In this document: positions 25,279-38,382 of the stretch, piece by piece
Layout of the letters: every line of letters starts with the position of its first letter
Position numbering within the stretch: position 1 is the stretch's first letter
The notes under the pieces: model-generated
Seen by the model: only the letters and a program-made list of their open reading frames with translations
Database searches by the model: none
What the model was told of the DNA's origin: nothing
Made by a program: the position numbers and the translations under genes
Assembly: GCF_964355755.1 (NCBI RefSeq)
Contig: NC_092678.1
Span: 20,105,365 to 20,169,364 of the forward strand
Length of the DNA: 64,000 nucleotides
Direction: 5' to 3'
From: Antedon mediterranea
Lineage: Eukaryota > Animalia > Echinodermata

Positions 25279-25457
25279 AGCTTGGTTCCCACTAGAACGT
25301 AACGCAAGGACGTAAACGCAACGCAAGCGTTTTAACCAATGACAGGCGAAGTTATAGACAGTTAGCAATCACAAGCGAATAAGCCATCGCTTGTGATTGG
25401 TCAATTCACTTGCGTAGCGTTACGTCCTTGCGTTGCGTCGCTAGTGGGAACCACGCT
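25279..25457. mobile_element. Palindromic MITE family B (Harbinger-like), complete copy
   Basis: TIR AGCTTGGTTCCCACTAG...CTAGTGGGAACCACGCT, TAA/TTA flanks, internal inverted CCAAT/ATTGG. Further copies near 28410, 30310, 30486, 33410, 36057, 36659, 38383, 38855-39130, 43121 and 63516. Confidence 0.85.
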
Positions 25458-28409
25458 TTAGGCATGGTCTACCAGCACTGGACACTGCCATTATCTCTCT
25501 ATCTGTAATTACCAGTGAATTTTACACACCAAAACACAATCTTTTAGCATATTAACACTTATTTATCAATATTTTGTATCATCATTCATATGAATTACTC
25601 TCTATACCCATCCATCCTTACAATTATTATTTCCATAATTATTTAATCATTTATCAATTATGGTTATCATTATCGTTAATATCAACACAACCTATTATCA
25701 TTTTCATCATATTTATCTATGTTGTTAACATATTCACATCATCATGTTTTTCAAAAAATAATATTTATATCAATTAATCGTGATAACTTCCGATTGCAGC
25801 CTTTTATAATATAATTTTCATAATAAATATGGTTTACGAAATGTATTAAATGCATGAAAATCAATGCATTTCATCTCATTTCAGACGTGTAATACTATGT
25901 TGGCTTATTCCATACGGCTACAAATCGTTATGCTTATGTAATGTATTAAACTACGATTTGTAGTCAGCATTTTATTCACAGTCATACATCACCACATACA
26001 GAATTACACTCGTGTTTTTAAATCACGCATTATAAAGTCGTTAGGACGAATCTCGCCAAATGCAATTGAAAAAAAAATCTATCGTTTGGAATTTACTTAA
26101 CATGCCCGTATAGTCTGTCTGTTACTTACTAAAGTATCTACTAAATATTTAAATATACTGTTTTGTAATTCTATAAACGATGAAAATCATATACTTTAGC
26201 ATGAGTACTGTAATTTGCAAGGTATGTATAGTGAGCGTGCATTTGTTGATAACAATTTCCGTTTATTATCAATATCATTCCATCATCACCTTCATCACTC
26301 TCAATTTTCTTAATTTATATCACAAAAGTCAAGATAATTCAAAGCTAAATTTAATACACAACGTTATTTATACAGAATACAGAAACAGTGGCATGTAAAA
26401 CCATAATTATTATAGTCCGACTCGTCAACAAGAGCGTAATGTTGGCGCGCGCGTATCATCATCTGAATGCGCGCGTATTATCACCTGAAAGCTTGCGTAT
26501 CATCATCTGGAAGCGCGAGTATCATCATCTAAAAGTGCGCGTATCCTCAACTGAAAGCACGCGGTCAATATCGACGTGGTGTACAAAGGTAACTATTATT
26601 GATATCAGGTTTTCAACGCGCGCGTTTCCTTTTTTTCATGACGTCTCTTCATACTGAATTCATATTTATTCTATTACATCAATTTAACCAAGCAATCGTT
26701 GCTGTTAACCTCAAACCTTCGTCATGCATAAAATAAATGTTATGACATCCACATCAATTGTTGAAATATCGTCGCGTTATTATATTTCCATAAACAAAAC
26801 GTCTGTATGATAAACGAAGAGGAAATCCTAGCTTGCGCGGGGAACGTGCAGTGCGTATTAACTAAAAAAAGTATTAAAGGCCTAATATTATTATAAAAAT
26901 GATATAAATTAAAAATGACTTAAGGTGTATACGAATTTTCGGGAGTCAAAAGTAGGTTCAACATTCCTACAATTGTCATCAATATTGGTACGCGCATCTC
27001 ATCGTCGTAGCTTCAGTAGCTCATCACATGGCCCACCGATCCACTATTGCACTGTTTAATATAAAATAATGTATAACTTACGTTTTTAGTTGTGAATCCT
27101 CATATACATAGCGTTATTCACAGCCGTTCAGTAATAGAGTGTTGTCGCTCTATGAGCATACTTCTAATCCATTAAATTGCCTTATCGTTCTGAAGTTGTA
27201 CTTACAGAAAAATCATCCTGATCTGCTTTCGAATGAACTCATTTAACTCACGTTAGAGGGTGCTAGTACTTGTTCTCAGTACATCTTCTATGGACATTGG
27301 AAGCATTGCTTCCGAAATTATTATTTAACGCCCTCAAGTATTACCACAACAGATGAGTACAAACTGTGTTGATCTAAAAAAAATATTGTGATATGATATA
27401 TTTACCGCCCACCATATTATCTACTAACATTTATTTTAATATTTATCTAATTCAATAATATATTATATATATATATTTTTTATTTTTTTTTTTGTCTTCC
27501 TTCAAAATTATATAATGTAACCTAAATCTAAATAAAATAAATAAATAATACAGTACTAAAAATAAGACTAAATAGTATAATAAAAATAGTATCACGTTTA
27601 ATTAAATTACAAATAACTATTAAAATTAAATATAAGAACAAATAATCATATAGGCCTAACAGGTGCATTTATTTTAATAATAACAGTATCATAAAATCAA
27701 TTAGCAATTATATATATATATATACCGGTATATATTTTTTTTTTTTTATTTTTTTTTTATTAATAATAATGATAATATATTCGCTTTAAACTTGAACATA
27801 TTAAGAATACTGATAATAAATAGATAATAACATTAACTCCATCATATAGGTTAAGTATTGTTCGATCTGTAAGATTACCTTGTTTTTACTATTTCATTTT
27901 ACTTGTATAATTCGCTTCTTAGTTAAGACTTAAATGTTATTTTTTGATACTTTTATTTTTGTTTTTACACTGCCTTGTAAATTAACGCACCGTCTTATAA
28001 ACGTGTGCCGCTGATACAAAAGCGTTTGTTCAATAAATTTATCTATCTCCCTCTATGGATTGGTAGTTTTCCCAGGGCACTCCACTCTGTGACGTCATGA
28101 ATTACTTACTTGTGGCCTTTTGTCATTTTTGTCTCTGCCAGCAGTATAGGAATGCTGTAATATATATAGTAATCGTAGTATACAAATAATGAATGGTTAT
28201 CAGCTGGCAGCCACGCCCTGACATTTTCATACGTCAGAACAGTCTTTTTTTCGTAGGCCTACAAGAAAAGCTGAACAAGAATATTACACTCTTACGTAAG
28301 AGTGCACTATAATATTTATTTTATCTCATGACCCGCAATCCTCCAATCAATATCAAGAATCTACTTTTGTGTGTTATAATGCTACGAAGCTAATTTCGAC
28401 CCTAGATTG

Positions 28410-28555
28410 GTTGGTTCCGACTAGAGACGCAACAAAAAGACGTGCCATAACGCAAGGTAAATTATTTGACCAATCACAAGCGATGGGTTATTCGAACTGT
28501 CACTGGTTAATTGGGCAACTCGCTTGCGTCGCGTCTCTATAATGGGAACAAAACT
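28410..28555. mobile_element. MITE family B
   Basis: TTGGTTCC.ACTAGAGACGCAAC...GACCAATCACAAGCGATG...TGGGAAC. Confidence 0.75.
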
Positions 28556-29597
28556 TTAATAGTGTATATACGGTAGTTGAATGTGACTGAAATAGAAAGA
28601 ATGGGGGTGTGGTTGTAGGGTATTATTAGCAAATATATGAGACACAAGCTATAATACGTTACTAAATTAAATCAGTTGAAAATCGACCTAAATAACTTAA
28701 ATTATCTAGTAAACTAAGTGGAGATCTGTTGTTTGATTTAACGCCTTAACGATCCCATGGGATACGAGTTTGTCATTAAATAAGGAATAACCACATGATC
28801 AACGTCACGGATTGTCACTTTCGTACGCAACGCCTTCCATTTCTCCCTGCAGGTTACCTTCAGTGAATAGAAACTTGAGTTTATTCCGAAAATAATTTGC
28901 ATAATGTGTCGTTGTTTGTCTGTTTGCGTAATAGATTATTGCAACAACAGTGAAGTCACACTCCTTTGGTGATAAGATTTTGCTCTCTCCAGGATTGTTT
29001 GTGATAGCTAACGGTTTTACATGTGAAGTGAATCTACAAAGATAACTTATTTGGTTTCAAATCGACTGATATTCAGCGAGTAATTCTTGTTGACATGTTT
29101 AAACACAATTTAATGTTGGTTTTAGAATAGTATTTCCACTTTTATATATATTTTAAGTTAGTAATGAATATTTAAAAAAAAAATTAAATGGATTCGAGGT
29201 GATGATCGAAATACTGTACCATTATTCTTCCCCAGAGAAAGTTTGTTTGTTCACATCTATAGAGGGCGCTTTCTTTGTGTGCCTTTGTTTTATTTCTCGC
29301 GACAAATTGGTTGATTTTATTATGTACAAGCTATTTATGGTAGTACTATACTATACTAATTTACAGTAGCAGTTTCAAACCCATTGACGTTTCTGGTTTA
29401 GGCCAGAAAAAACACACTTGTTTCTAACATTTTGAACAATGCTGACGTCATAGTCATAGCGCCCTCTGAGATGTATTAGAATACGAATGATGATTGGTGT
29501 TCCTGCATCATCTCGTTGGGTGTGGTGAGAATCTAAAAACTATAGTTTTGTTCAAAATGTGAAATTTTTTTGTACAGAATAAAGACAGAACTACATC

Positions 29598-29690
29598 GTG
29601 TCCAAATTTAGAAACTGTCCAATTTAGAGAAACTGTCCAATTTAGAGAAACTGCCCAATTTAGAGAAACTGTCCAATTTAGAGAAATCCA
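29598..29690. repeat. 20-bp tandem repeat (AGAAACTGTCCAATTTAGAG)
   Basis: Four to five units. Confidence 0.9.
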
Positions 29691-30309
29691 GAGTTGTTGA
29701 AATGCTATCCAGAATAGCGACAGTGTCCAAAATGTTAGAAGCTTTCCAATATGAATTCCAATTTGCTCAAAATGTTATTTGTTTTCCGGAATAACGACAG
29801 GAGAGGTCGAAAATGAAGTTAACTGTTACATGTATATACCAATATAGAGAAACTCTGATATTCGTCCAAAATGTGAACATTTTGTCAAAAGAAAACAACG
29901 GGTATGTTGTGTCTAAAAATATAGCAACTATCCAATTAAAGACATTTTTCAAAATGTGTCCAAAATGATCTCTTTTCTTCAGAATAACAAAGTTGTAGGC
30001 CAACAGTACAATTGTGTCCAAAGACACTCTCCATTTCCATATTTCACACGTTGGGGAAAAATAATCTACCAGAGTACGCATTTTAATCAGATCATTACAC
30101 GATAAAAAAAAAAGCTCATAAACTTAGCATTTGTTCCACATTTTTTTTTAATCAAAGCAGGTTTCATCATCATCACCGTTGCTCGCTAATCATGTTGTAC
30201 TTAATAATATTACAAACTCAAACCTTACATAAAAATAATTTACATTATAATCTGCAAATTAAAACATAGTCTCAGATTACACAGTTTAGTTAAAGTTCAT
30301 TACTCAATA

Positions 30310-30640
30310 CTTGGTGCCATTACGACGCAATTAAATTAATTTGACCAATCATAAGCGAGAATTCGGATGATTCGTCGCTTGTGATTGGACAAACTATACT
30401 TGATGTGGTTTAACATTGTTGTCTTGTCTCCTAGTGGGAACGAAGCCTAATGCTCTTAACTCACTACTGTATGGTAGTAGTCAACAGTTTGGTTCCAACT
30501 AGGAAGCAACACTAGAACATAAACGCAACCACAAGTTGACCAATTACAAGCGATGAATTATTCAAACTATCGCTTGTAATTGATCAACTCGCTTGCGTTG
30601 CGCTTACGTCCTTGCGTTGCGATCTAGTTGGAACCAATCT
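30310..30640. mobile_element. Two adjacent MITE family B copies (30310-30447 and 30486-30640)
   Basis: Both show the GACCAAT..CAAGCGA / TCGCTTG.GATTG core and family B termini. Confidence 0.75.
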
Positions 30641-31189
30641 TTAATATTGTCTCTATTGTGACAATTACTCCATATACCGTATTATATAAAGAAGAAAGAC
30701 GTACATAAAAAACGTAATCAAATGTCATATAATATTGCAAGCATGATCAAAGACGTTATAAAAAATAACGTATATTAGAAATAAATAATAGTTCTTTAAC
30801 CATTTGTTCTTTTTTCATTAGGCTTAAAGAAATTAAAACACACTCTACATATATAAAATAATGACATTAGTAAATAAATAAATATATAAATAAATGATAT
30901 ATGCACACACACTGTTAACTATATTTTTAAAATAAATGACTATTTAGGCTTTTATTACGTAAAATAAACACGCTCCTTTCGACTTTTAGAGAATTGTATT
31001 TTTTTGTCTTTATGTTTTGTATTAAAGTTGTTTATTCTCACGCATATCTGCTGAATAATTATAAAGAGAACTCACACACATGTTGTCTTTCGTTCCATTA
31101 TTCCATAAATTGTGGAAAAATAGAACAGTATATCAGTCACGTGATTGCAGGACATCCAAGATATGAGTATTGCATCCTGGGTAATCTTA

Positions 31190-31340
31190 AGCTCTGTCTA
31201 CACTATCAAAGTGACAAAAAAGTGTGCCCAATTTATATGGTAGCGATATGCCCAAATAAGGTAACAATATGACATCAACATGTCCATATGGCCATACCAC
31301 ATGTTTTTGTCACATAAAGTTTGATAGTGTGGACAGAGCT
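31190..31340. mobile_element. MITE family A with TTA TSD
   Basis: TTA|AGCTCTGTCTACACTATCAAA...TTTGATAGTGTGGACAGAGCT|TTA. Confidence 0.9.
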
Positions 31341-32691
31341 TTAAACAATGACTGTTGAAATGTGTAATACCTTTTTTGTCTTGCTATTTATCTAATCTGG
31401 TTAGGTTAGTAATACTATTTAAATATTATTCAGGGATTTAGCAAAGGCCAGATGATCTTCTTAAGCCTATTGGCTAAGAAATTGCAAGAATGATTGAGAG
31501 AGATGCGTGGGAGGCATTTTGAATTTAATTATTAGGCCTAAGATCACAACAATAAAGAAAAGGTGAATTAATTTTTCTAGGACTGTTGTACGATGTTGAA
31601 TAATATATTCGTTCCTATTATAATAATTTAATAATAATATATACGCGGTCTTAATCGCATACGCCTATAAATTGAAAGTAAAACATATGCCAATTCGGAA
31701 AAAAAATAATCGAGATTCGGTGGATATCAAACAAGTAGCTTTCTCCAAAACTTTCAATTTCACCATATTGGTTAGGCTGTTTAAAAAAAACGTAGGCCTA
31801 CCACTGTAATAGGCATATATCAGCCACGCGCTAATATGTAATTTCTTCCTTAAACTTAAAACCTTTCAAGAGTATCTCTTTAAAATACTAGGCCTAGATT
31901 TAAATAAATACATTTATGGGAGGTATGAATTATGTCAGATATCCGGTTATTTATTGGTTTTTATCGTGGAAGAAGAAGAACGTTATTGGCTTTAAATAGC
32001 AACAAAAAGACAGTTAATTGAAGAATTTTTCTAATCAGAAATCTAACCATATTTCCATATTTGAATCTGATTAATTTCTTGAGATATGAATTTCATTAGT
32101 CGCTTTAATTTCAATTGAATATTTAATTTTCTATTTTGTATGCTTTAAATTAAAAACTGCTGGAAGACTTAAATTAAAATGTATATGCTTACATTTATAA
32201 GCATTACAGTTACCTATTCCAGTACATTGTCGGTACCACAAAGAGAGATAAAGTTGACTGGCGGCGCACAAAAGCAATTTTTCATCAACTGTTGAACGCG
32301 CGCGTCAACTTGTCTCTTGGTTTGCTTGCGCGTACAAAAGATGTATTGTTTCAACGTAGTCGCTTATGTACCGATTGATACGATCATGCTTTTTTTTTCA
32401 AGAAGAAAATTTGTAAAAAAAAAAACATACAGCATCCGATTAATTTTGATTTTGTTGTTGCCATCTTCATCCTAATTTTGTATCGTCATCAATATATTTT
32501 TTTTTTTTTTGTAGAAGCAAAGTAGGCCTATCTACGTTAAATTAATTAATCGCTAAATTTAGTAAAGTAATGTATTTGATGTGCCGGTAAAAATGATTAC
32601 TAGTAAGTAGGAGAGTAGTTACATAGTTAGTAGTAGTTACATAACACACCTTATCGTGGATATCATTATAATTAAGACAATTAATGACTAA

Positions 32692-33011
32692 AGCTCTGTA
32701 TACACTATATCATTCTGGCTGTGATGTGTCCAAATATGGTAGTGATATACCCAAATATGGTAGTGATATACCCAAATATGGTAGTGATATACCCAAATAT
32801 GGTAGTGATATACCCAAATACGGTTGTGATATGTCATCGTGTAGTATACTATGGGCATATCAACATTTTTTTCACATAAAGTTTGAGAGTGTAGACAGAG
32901 CTTAAAGCTATGTCTAGTTTCACCCAAAAAAGTGCGATTTGCCCAAATATGGTAGTGATATGACATGTCCACATATGGGCACATCACATTTTTGGTAGTG
33001 TAGACAGAGCT
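32692..33011. mobile_element. Two tandem MITE family A copies sharing a TAA (32692-32902 and 32906-33011); the first has an expanded 21-bp internal repeat
   Basis: TIRs at all four ends; (CCAAATATGGTAGTGATATAC) repeated four to five times. Confidence 0.9.
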
Positions 33012-33858
33012 TTACAAAGAAAATATACATTTTGAGCATTCAGTTTTTAGAAATGTTTCAGAAATTGATACTATATCATGTTTTAACAAAGAAGTAAATG
33101 AATTACACCTACATTAATTATCCAGATCACGAATCCTCTTTAAAATTAAAAATGCATTGAGAATTATTAGAAACATGGTTTTCACTCCATTCTACAAGTC
33201 GACATATTCATAGTCTGATACTAAATTTTGTCAATGATTTTTTTTTGCGATGAACTTCCTCTGACAACAGAACTTGTTTTTAATTGAGGCGTATGTTGTG
33301 TATCCTCCATTAATGTATCTGAAAACAACTCTTTATCGATATTGTTCGTATATAAAACTGGAAAACTGCTGCGAAATTCTTCGCGTAATTTTAATTTTAA
33401 TTTTGTCGACAAACGTTATTCCACAACGTTACTCCTTTGGCTTTCTTTCAGTTCGAATAATTCATCGCTTGTGATTGGTCAACTCACTTACGTTGCGTTA
33501 CGTCATTGTGTTGCGTCTAAACCGGGAGAGAACACTATTCATTTAGTCGCATATTTTAATTTATTAACATAAGAACATTGGTTTGAATGTAATGTGAATT
33601 AGTTAATGTACCTGTTGCGTAGACTTAAACGTCACATTTGTTTATCCGCGTAAAATGATATGCAAGACGATTTCATCACAAAATAATTCCGACGTCATCA
33701 ATTATCAATATGAATTAGGAATACATTTTCTTCTCAGACTGGAAATGACATAGGTGGTATAGCCTAAGGGCTTACTCGTCATATACATAGAATATGTTTG
33801 GTGGGTAGTGATTTTTGAAGCAACAGAATAGGATGAAATCTATCAATTTTATTATTAA

Positions 33859-34175
33859 AGATGTATTGTCCCACAAAAATGAAATATAAAGATGAATAAA
33901 ATCAGATTTGTAATAAGCCATTTTGCAGTTTTAATAAGGTATTCACTTCTGTAGAAAAGATAATATAAAAAAATTATTTTACTTATAAAACGACAAAAGA
34001 AACTGTTAATTTAGCCAAAAACCATTGTCTGAATTGTAAACAGACAATTTATGTATTTTCTGCTTTAAATTACATTTTTTTAAGGAAAATAATGTTGTTT
34101 TCGATCCAGTATTTGGTCAAAGTGAATAACTATTATGTGAAATTGAAATGGCATATTCAACAACAAAAAAGGTTT
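33859..34175 (+). mobile_element. Family K MITE, 3'-truncated
   Basis: TTAA|AGATGTATTGTCCC and collinear similarity to 4662-4999. Confidence 0.8.
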
Positions 34176-34270
34176 TGACAAAATTAGAAGGTTTGCATGA
34201 ATAAGAAGTACTATCCACAGACCTTAGACTTGCGTTTACACGATGTACTGCAAACAATACTTTAGTATCA

Positions 34271-35392
34271 TCAATGGAAAGACGGCTTTTTAACAATAAA
34301 ACATTCTAAATCATGACCGTTCTCCCAGTGCGCTCTTTGGCATGCTTCATTGCAGTATCTACACAGCATGCACCTCGAGCAAACTTTTAAATGATTATTC
34401 CTATCTTCGGCTTTTCCACAGTCATTCCACGAGCACCAATGCACCATTTTAATAGTAGGGTTTCTATATATCAACCTATCCCTTTTAGTTCCTGGAAAAC
34501 CAATAGGATAAAAACGTTTATAGCATCCTTTGGCTCGTCTTAAATTTTCTCCTATTCGCGCAATAAGTTCAGCAATGTGTATACCCGACTTCAAAGTCGG
34601 GTCGATAGCAACAATATACGCCCATATACCGCTTGCAGCTCGCATTACCCGACAGTCGTTTAGAGACGTTACTGCTACGCTGTTTCCACTCTCTGCGATG
34701 CAGTCAATGATTTTTAAACAAATCTCGGCTACGAATATATTCTTTGTTGTTGTCACCAGTTTTGTTATGGTATTCACAAGCCCGGAATGGCACGATACAG
34801 CGATGTGCTGAGGATCATTTGTGAAAGCTAAGGCGTTGTGAAGAAGCGCGAGAGCAGACACCATTATCGCCTGCGTACGGTTATAACCGATATCGCTTGT
34901 CGGTGAATCAAGGTCCGTCGAAACTGCTGGCTCTGTTTCTTTCTGCAAATGCAAACAATTCAGACAGATTTCGTTTAGTACTGGAAATAGTTCGCTATCC
35001 ATGTAACAGAGACGCCTCGAAACTGGTTTGTACAGGCTAGACATCCATAAAAGACGAAGAACATTATCAATTTTAAGATCGTCTGGTGAGAACTGTGATC
35101 CGCGACTCACGAGGTACTGCGTACTGTACTGCAGAACCTTTTCAGACAAACGTTGAACAATTTGGCAGTATCTGATCATATTAACCGTCGCTAGTTCATC
35201 CATGGCGTCCAGTAATTGCAGTAACTGCCACTGGTCCTCCATATTTGCTGATCGCAGATGGCGGGCAAAGTTACGCACATGCGCGTCGACTTCACCAGAC
35301 AGTAAAGCTGCTAACGTTTGCTCGTGCAGGAACGACGGTCGAATGCCTGATATCGGCGTCGTACATGTACTGTTTGTGTCAGCTGAGGCCAT
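34271..35392 (-). CDS. Uncharacterised helical-domain protein with C-terminal MYND zinc finger (paralogue 2), 373 aa
   Basis: Uninterrupted ORF ending in CSWNDC...CSRC...YCNEACQRAHWENGHDLEC. Shares DQW.L..L.A, L.L.WM, HN.L and GENLRRA.G...YP.G with paralogue 1. In-frame TAG upstream at 35429-35431. Confidence 0.9.
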   Translation of the reverse strand: MASADTNSTCTTPISGIRPSFLHEQTLAALLSGEVDAHVRNFARHLRSANMEDQWQLLQLLDAMDELATVNMIRYCQIVQRLSEKVLQYSTQYLVSRGSQFSPDDLKIDNVLRLLWMSSLYKPVSRRLCYMDSELFPVLNEICLNCLHLQKETEPAVSTDLDSPTSDIGYNRTQAIMVSALALLHNALAFTNDPQHIAVSCHSGLVNTITKLVTTTKNIFVAEICLKIIDCIAESGNSVAVTSLNDCRVMRAASGIWAYIVAIDPTLKSGIHIAELIARIGENLRRAKGCYKRFYPIGFPGTKRDRLIYRNPTIKMVHWCSWNDCGKAEDRNNHLKVCSRCMLCRYCNEACQRAHWENGHDLECFIVKKPSFH

Positions 35393-35531
35393 AGCACTGG
35401 TTCCACGCGGTAAATAGCCATTGGCAGCCTAGGCTGCTCACACGTTTAAACAGAATTCGTATTGTAAAGCTGAATGTCCATCCTAAGAAAAATTGTTTAT
35501 TGCATTTTTGCCTTCGTCAGCGTTCGAGCAC

Positions 35532-35556
35532 CTGAAATAAAAAATAAATAATTGTT
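35532..35556 (-). other. 3' splice acceptor of a 5'-UTR intron for MYND paralogue 2 (exon starts at 35531)
   Basis: Minus strand attatttatttttttatttcag|GTG, 139 nt upstream of the ATG. Confidence 0.65.
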
Positions 35557-35889
35557 ACATCACGTTTCATGGTTTCCTTAGTTACTAGTTTCACGTTCCA
35601 GAACCGTGTCACTGCTGACTATTACCCTTAACAATGTAGCAGACTTATTTTACGTTTAGGTATGTTTCGTAAACAATGTTGTCCCCGATTACTGTCACTC
35701 TTAATTGTTTTCTATAAATTAAGATTCATTGGCGTATTGATAGGATAAATAATCAGAATAGGATTTTTCGAATGCCTGCAATTACGGCCTTGAGTAATTG
35801 ATTAGGCCTGGTTCTCATTCCATTCTGCGCATCTGCGCAAACGCGTAAGTTTTCAGCGGCTGTATTATAGAACAGTAGTTGAAACATTA

Positions 35890-35972
35890 AGCTCTTTCTA
35901 CACTATCAAACTTGTATAAACACGATGACAAACACTTTTTTGTAAAAGTAGTTTGATAGTGTAGACATGGCT
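35890..35972. mobile_element. Minimal MITE family A copy with TTA TSD
   Basis: Both TIRs present with an internal deletion. Confidence 0.8.
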
Positions 35973-36056
35973 TTAGAGGCATCTGAAACTCGAGCTGTTA
36001 ACCGTGTTCCCATTCGGACGCGATTATCATACATCGCGTCCTTGCGTTGCGTCTTA

Positions 36057-36231
36057 TGCTTGGTTCCCACTAGAGACGCAACACAAGGACGTAAATTAAC
36101 GTAAATGAGTTGACCAATCACAAGCGATGGATTATTCGAACTGTCGCTTGTCATTGATCAACACGCTTGCGTTGCGTTTACGTCCTTCCGTTGCGTCCTA
36201 GTGTGAACCAAGCTTTAGTGGCAACCAAGCT
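36057..36231. mobile_element. MITE family B with duplicated right end
   Basis: GCTTGGTTCCCACTAGAGACGCAAC...CTAGTGTGAACCAAGCT followed by a second TAGTGGCAACCAAGCT. Confidence 0.85.
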
Positions 36232-36489
36232 TTAATATTTATCTTTCTCTAGTCTACATGCATTATATGTCGGTTTGTCCGTTGGGCCTAGTAGGCCGGT
36301 TAATGACTTCTTCATAATGAAACGAATCCAATAAACGTGTCATATTGATACTTAATATCATAACCACATCATTTCTCAACATAAATATTTATGTTTCAAA
36401 TAAATATGCCATGTGACGAGAAGTGCTCAGATGGAACATGTTTATCGGTGATTTCATTAATTGCTACAAACAAGCAACACATGATGTTA

Positions 36490-36642
36490 AGTCCATCTAT
36501 AGATCCGAGTCTGTCTATAGATCTGAGTCTCTTTATACGTCCGAGTCCATGGATAGATCTGATATTTTCTATAGATCCGAGTCCATAGGTCCGTGTTCAA
36601 TAGATCCGAGTCCTATAGATCCGAGTCCTATATATCCGAGAC
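36490..36642. repeat. 15-18-bp minisatellite (TAGATCCGAGTCC core)
   Basis: About nine degenerate units. Confidence 0.85.
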
Positions 36643-37499
36643 ATTTTGAAGTTATGTTAGCTGTACTGGAGACACGTAGAGATACGTTAAGCACAACAAG
36701 GACGTAAGCGCAACGCAATTAAGTTGACCAATCACAGGTGACTTTTCGGTAGATAGATCTGATCCTGATTGGTCAAATTACGATACGTCATTGAATTGTG
36801 TCATATTGGGAGTCCAACCTCATGGCCTATTATTATACGTGTTCGTGCTAATGTTTCTCCTATGAATAGCAACCATAGTTATACAGAGTTTTATTGCCTG
36901 GCATTTTTCTAACGCCTCGTCGTGAAAAAATGTCCCTTATTATTAGGCTATCAATTCGATCATATTTCTAGACGTAATTTCCCCTGAAGGCGTGACGACA
37001 GACTAACATTTCTGAGCAGACAATGTAGACTAAATCATGCAATCAATAAAAGAAAGACAATTATGCTACGTTGAAACATAGTACATCGTTTCCTCGTGAA
37101 ATAAAATATTTTCTAATTATGTTTTTGTCATAATAATACGTTACTTTATACAGTTTTCGAATACAAAGGGGATAGCTTTTAAGATATTGCGACGGATATA
37201 TATATTGTTTTTGCATATGTTGATTTTTAATTTGGAGAATTTGGTATTTTACATAAAATAAGTGAATGCGTGTAAGCTCAGGTGAAATCATCATTAATTG
37301 TGAAATTGATCATAAGCTTTAGGTACCGATTATAGGCTTATTTCATTGTTTTTATTCAACCGTTTTTCAATCCTGCCGTTAAATTTAATACAACAATAAC
37401 TGTAGTTTAATATATTTAAACGAATTTAGGTCGACGTAACCACATTTTTTGTTGAGGTTTTCCACTTTAGTCCAATACCGTAAAAGAAACGTTAATTAA

Positions 37500-37844
37500 A
37501 GATGTAGGTCTATGGTCCCCTGAAAATATAAATGTTAAAAATATTTTTGTTGAATATGCCATTTTAATGTCACATAATATCCGCTTTGAAAAAAAAATGT
37601 ATTTACCTGAAAAAAACTGTAATTTAACACCAAAAATAGTCAAATTGGCTGCCAGCAAATGGGGTTTTGGTTGAATTTAACTATAGTTATTTGTCATTTT
37701 ATAAGTGAATTTATTTTTTGTTTTTTTTCCACGAAAGTAATTAACTTTATTAAACTATAAAATAAGCTATTAAAAGTCTGATTTTATTAGTCTTCATTTA
37801 TCATCTTTTTTTAAGTGGGGGGGGGGGGGGGGAACAATGCATCT
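37500..37844 (-). mobile_element. Family K MITE, complete, inverted
   Basis: TTAA flanks on both sides; reverse-complement match to 4662-4999. Confidence 0.85.
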
Positions 37845-38382
37845 TTAATCATACTATAATATTCATTTGTGCTCCAAAGGGCTTCCGAAACCACAAATGG
37901 CATTTTACGCCACATTCGGTGTTTTAGTTCCTCTTCATTTTTTCCCGTTCCTTCCTTTTTCCTCTCCCTTCCATAAATATGAAATGCGATATTTGTAGAA
38001 TAACAATTTGTTTCATATTTGAAAAAGTTCGTAGACCCTCTAGACAGTTCAGCGGAATAACCAGACTAATGCTCAACATAATCATTATGTTTTTCTACTA
38101 ATATTCATATACACAGTCAGTCGGCGTCTATGATGATTAATTAAATGTATGCGCTTGAGGCGTTCCACAGAGCTACATTATGCGTGCCATACTTTTCTCG
38201 TGTTAGTAGTTATTCCCATACAATTATTCAAGTATACTTGTATCCGTAAAAATATAGCAAACATGAGGACTTCAAGTCCCCAATGAATCAATTCAACACT
38301 TAAAGTAATATCGTGAAGATGAAGCCTAAATTTGCCTTTATAGCGATTATAGCAATCTTCCAAACTTTAATCAAGCCGAAAT

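Noticed and set aside
32684-32987. ORFs with repeated KYGSDIP or YHYHIW (also 45665-46045, 59301-59546, 62979-63227)
   Set aside because: Translations of the family A MITE internal repeat.
269-35417. Plus-strand ORFs antisense to BTG and the MYND genes (269-559, 10608-11169, 34530-34811, 35202-35417)
   Set aside because: Shadow ORFs opposite real CDSs, with no recognisable motifs.
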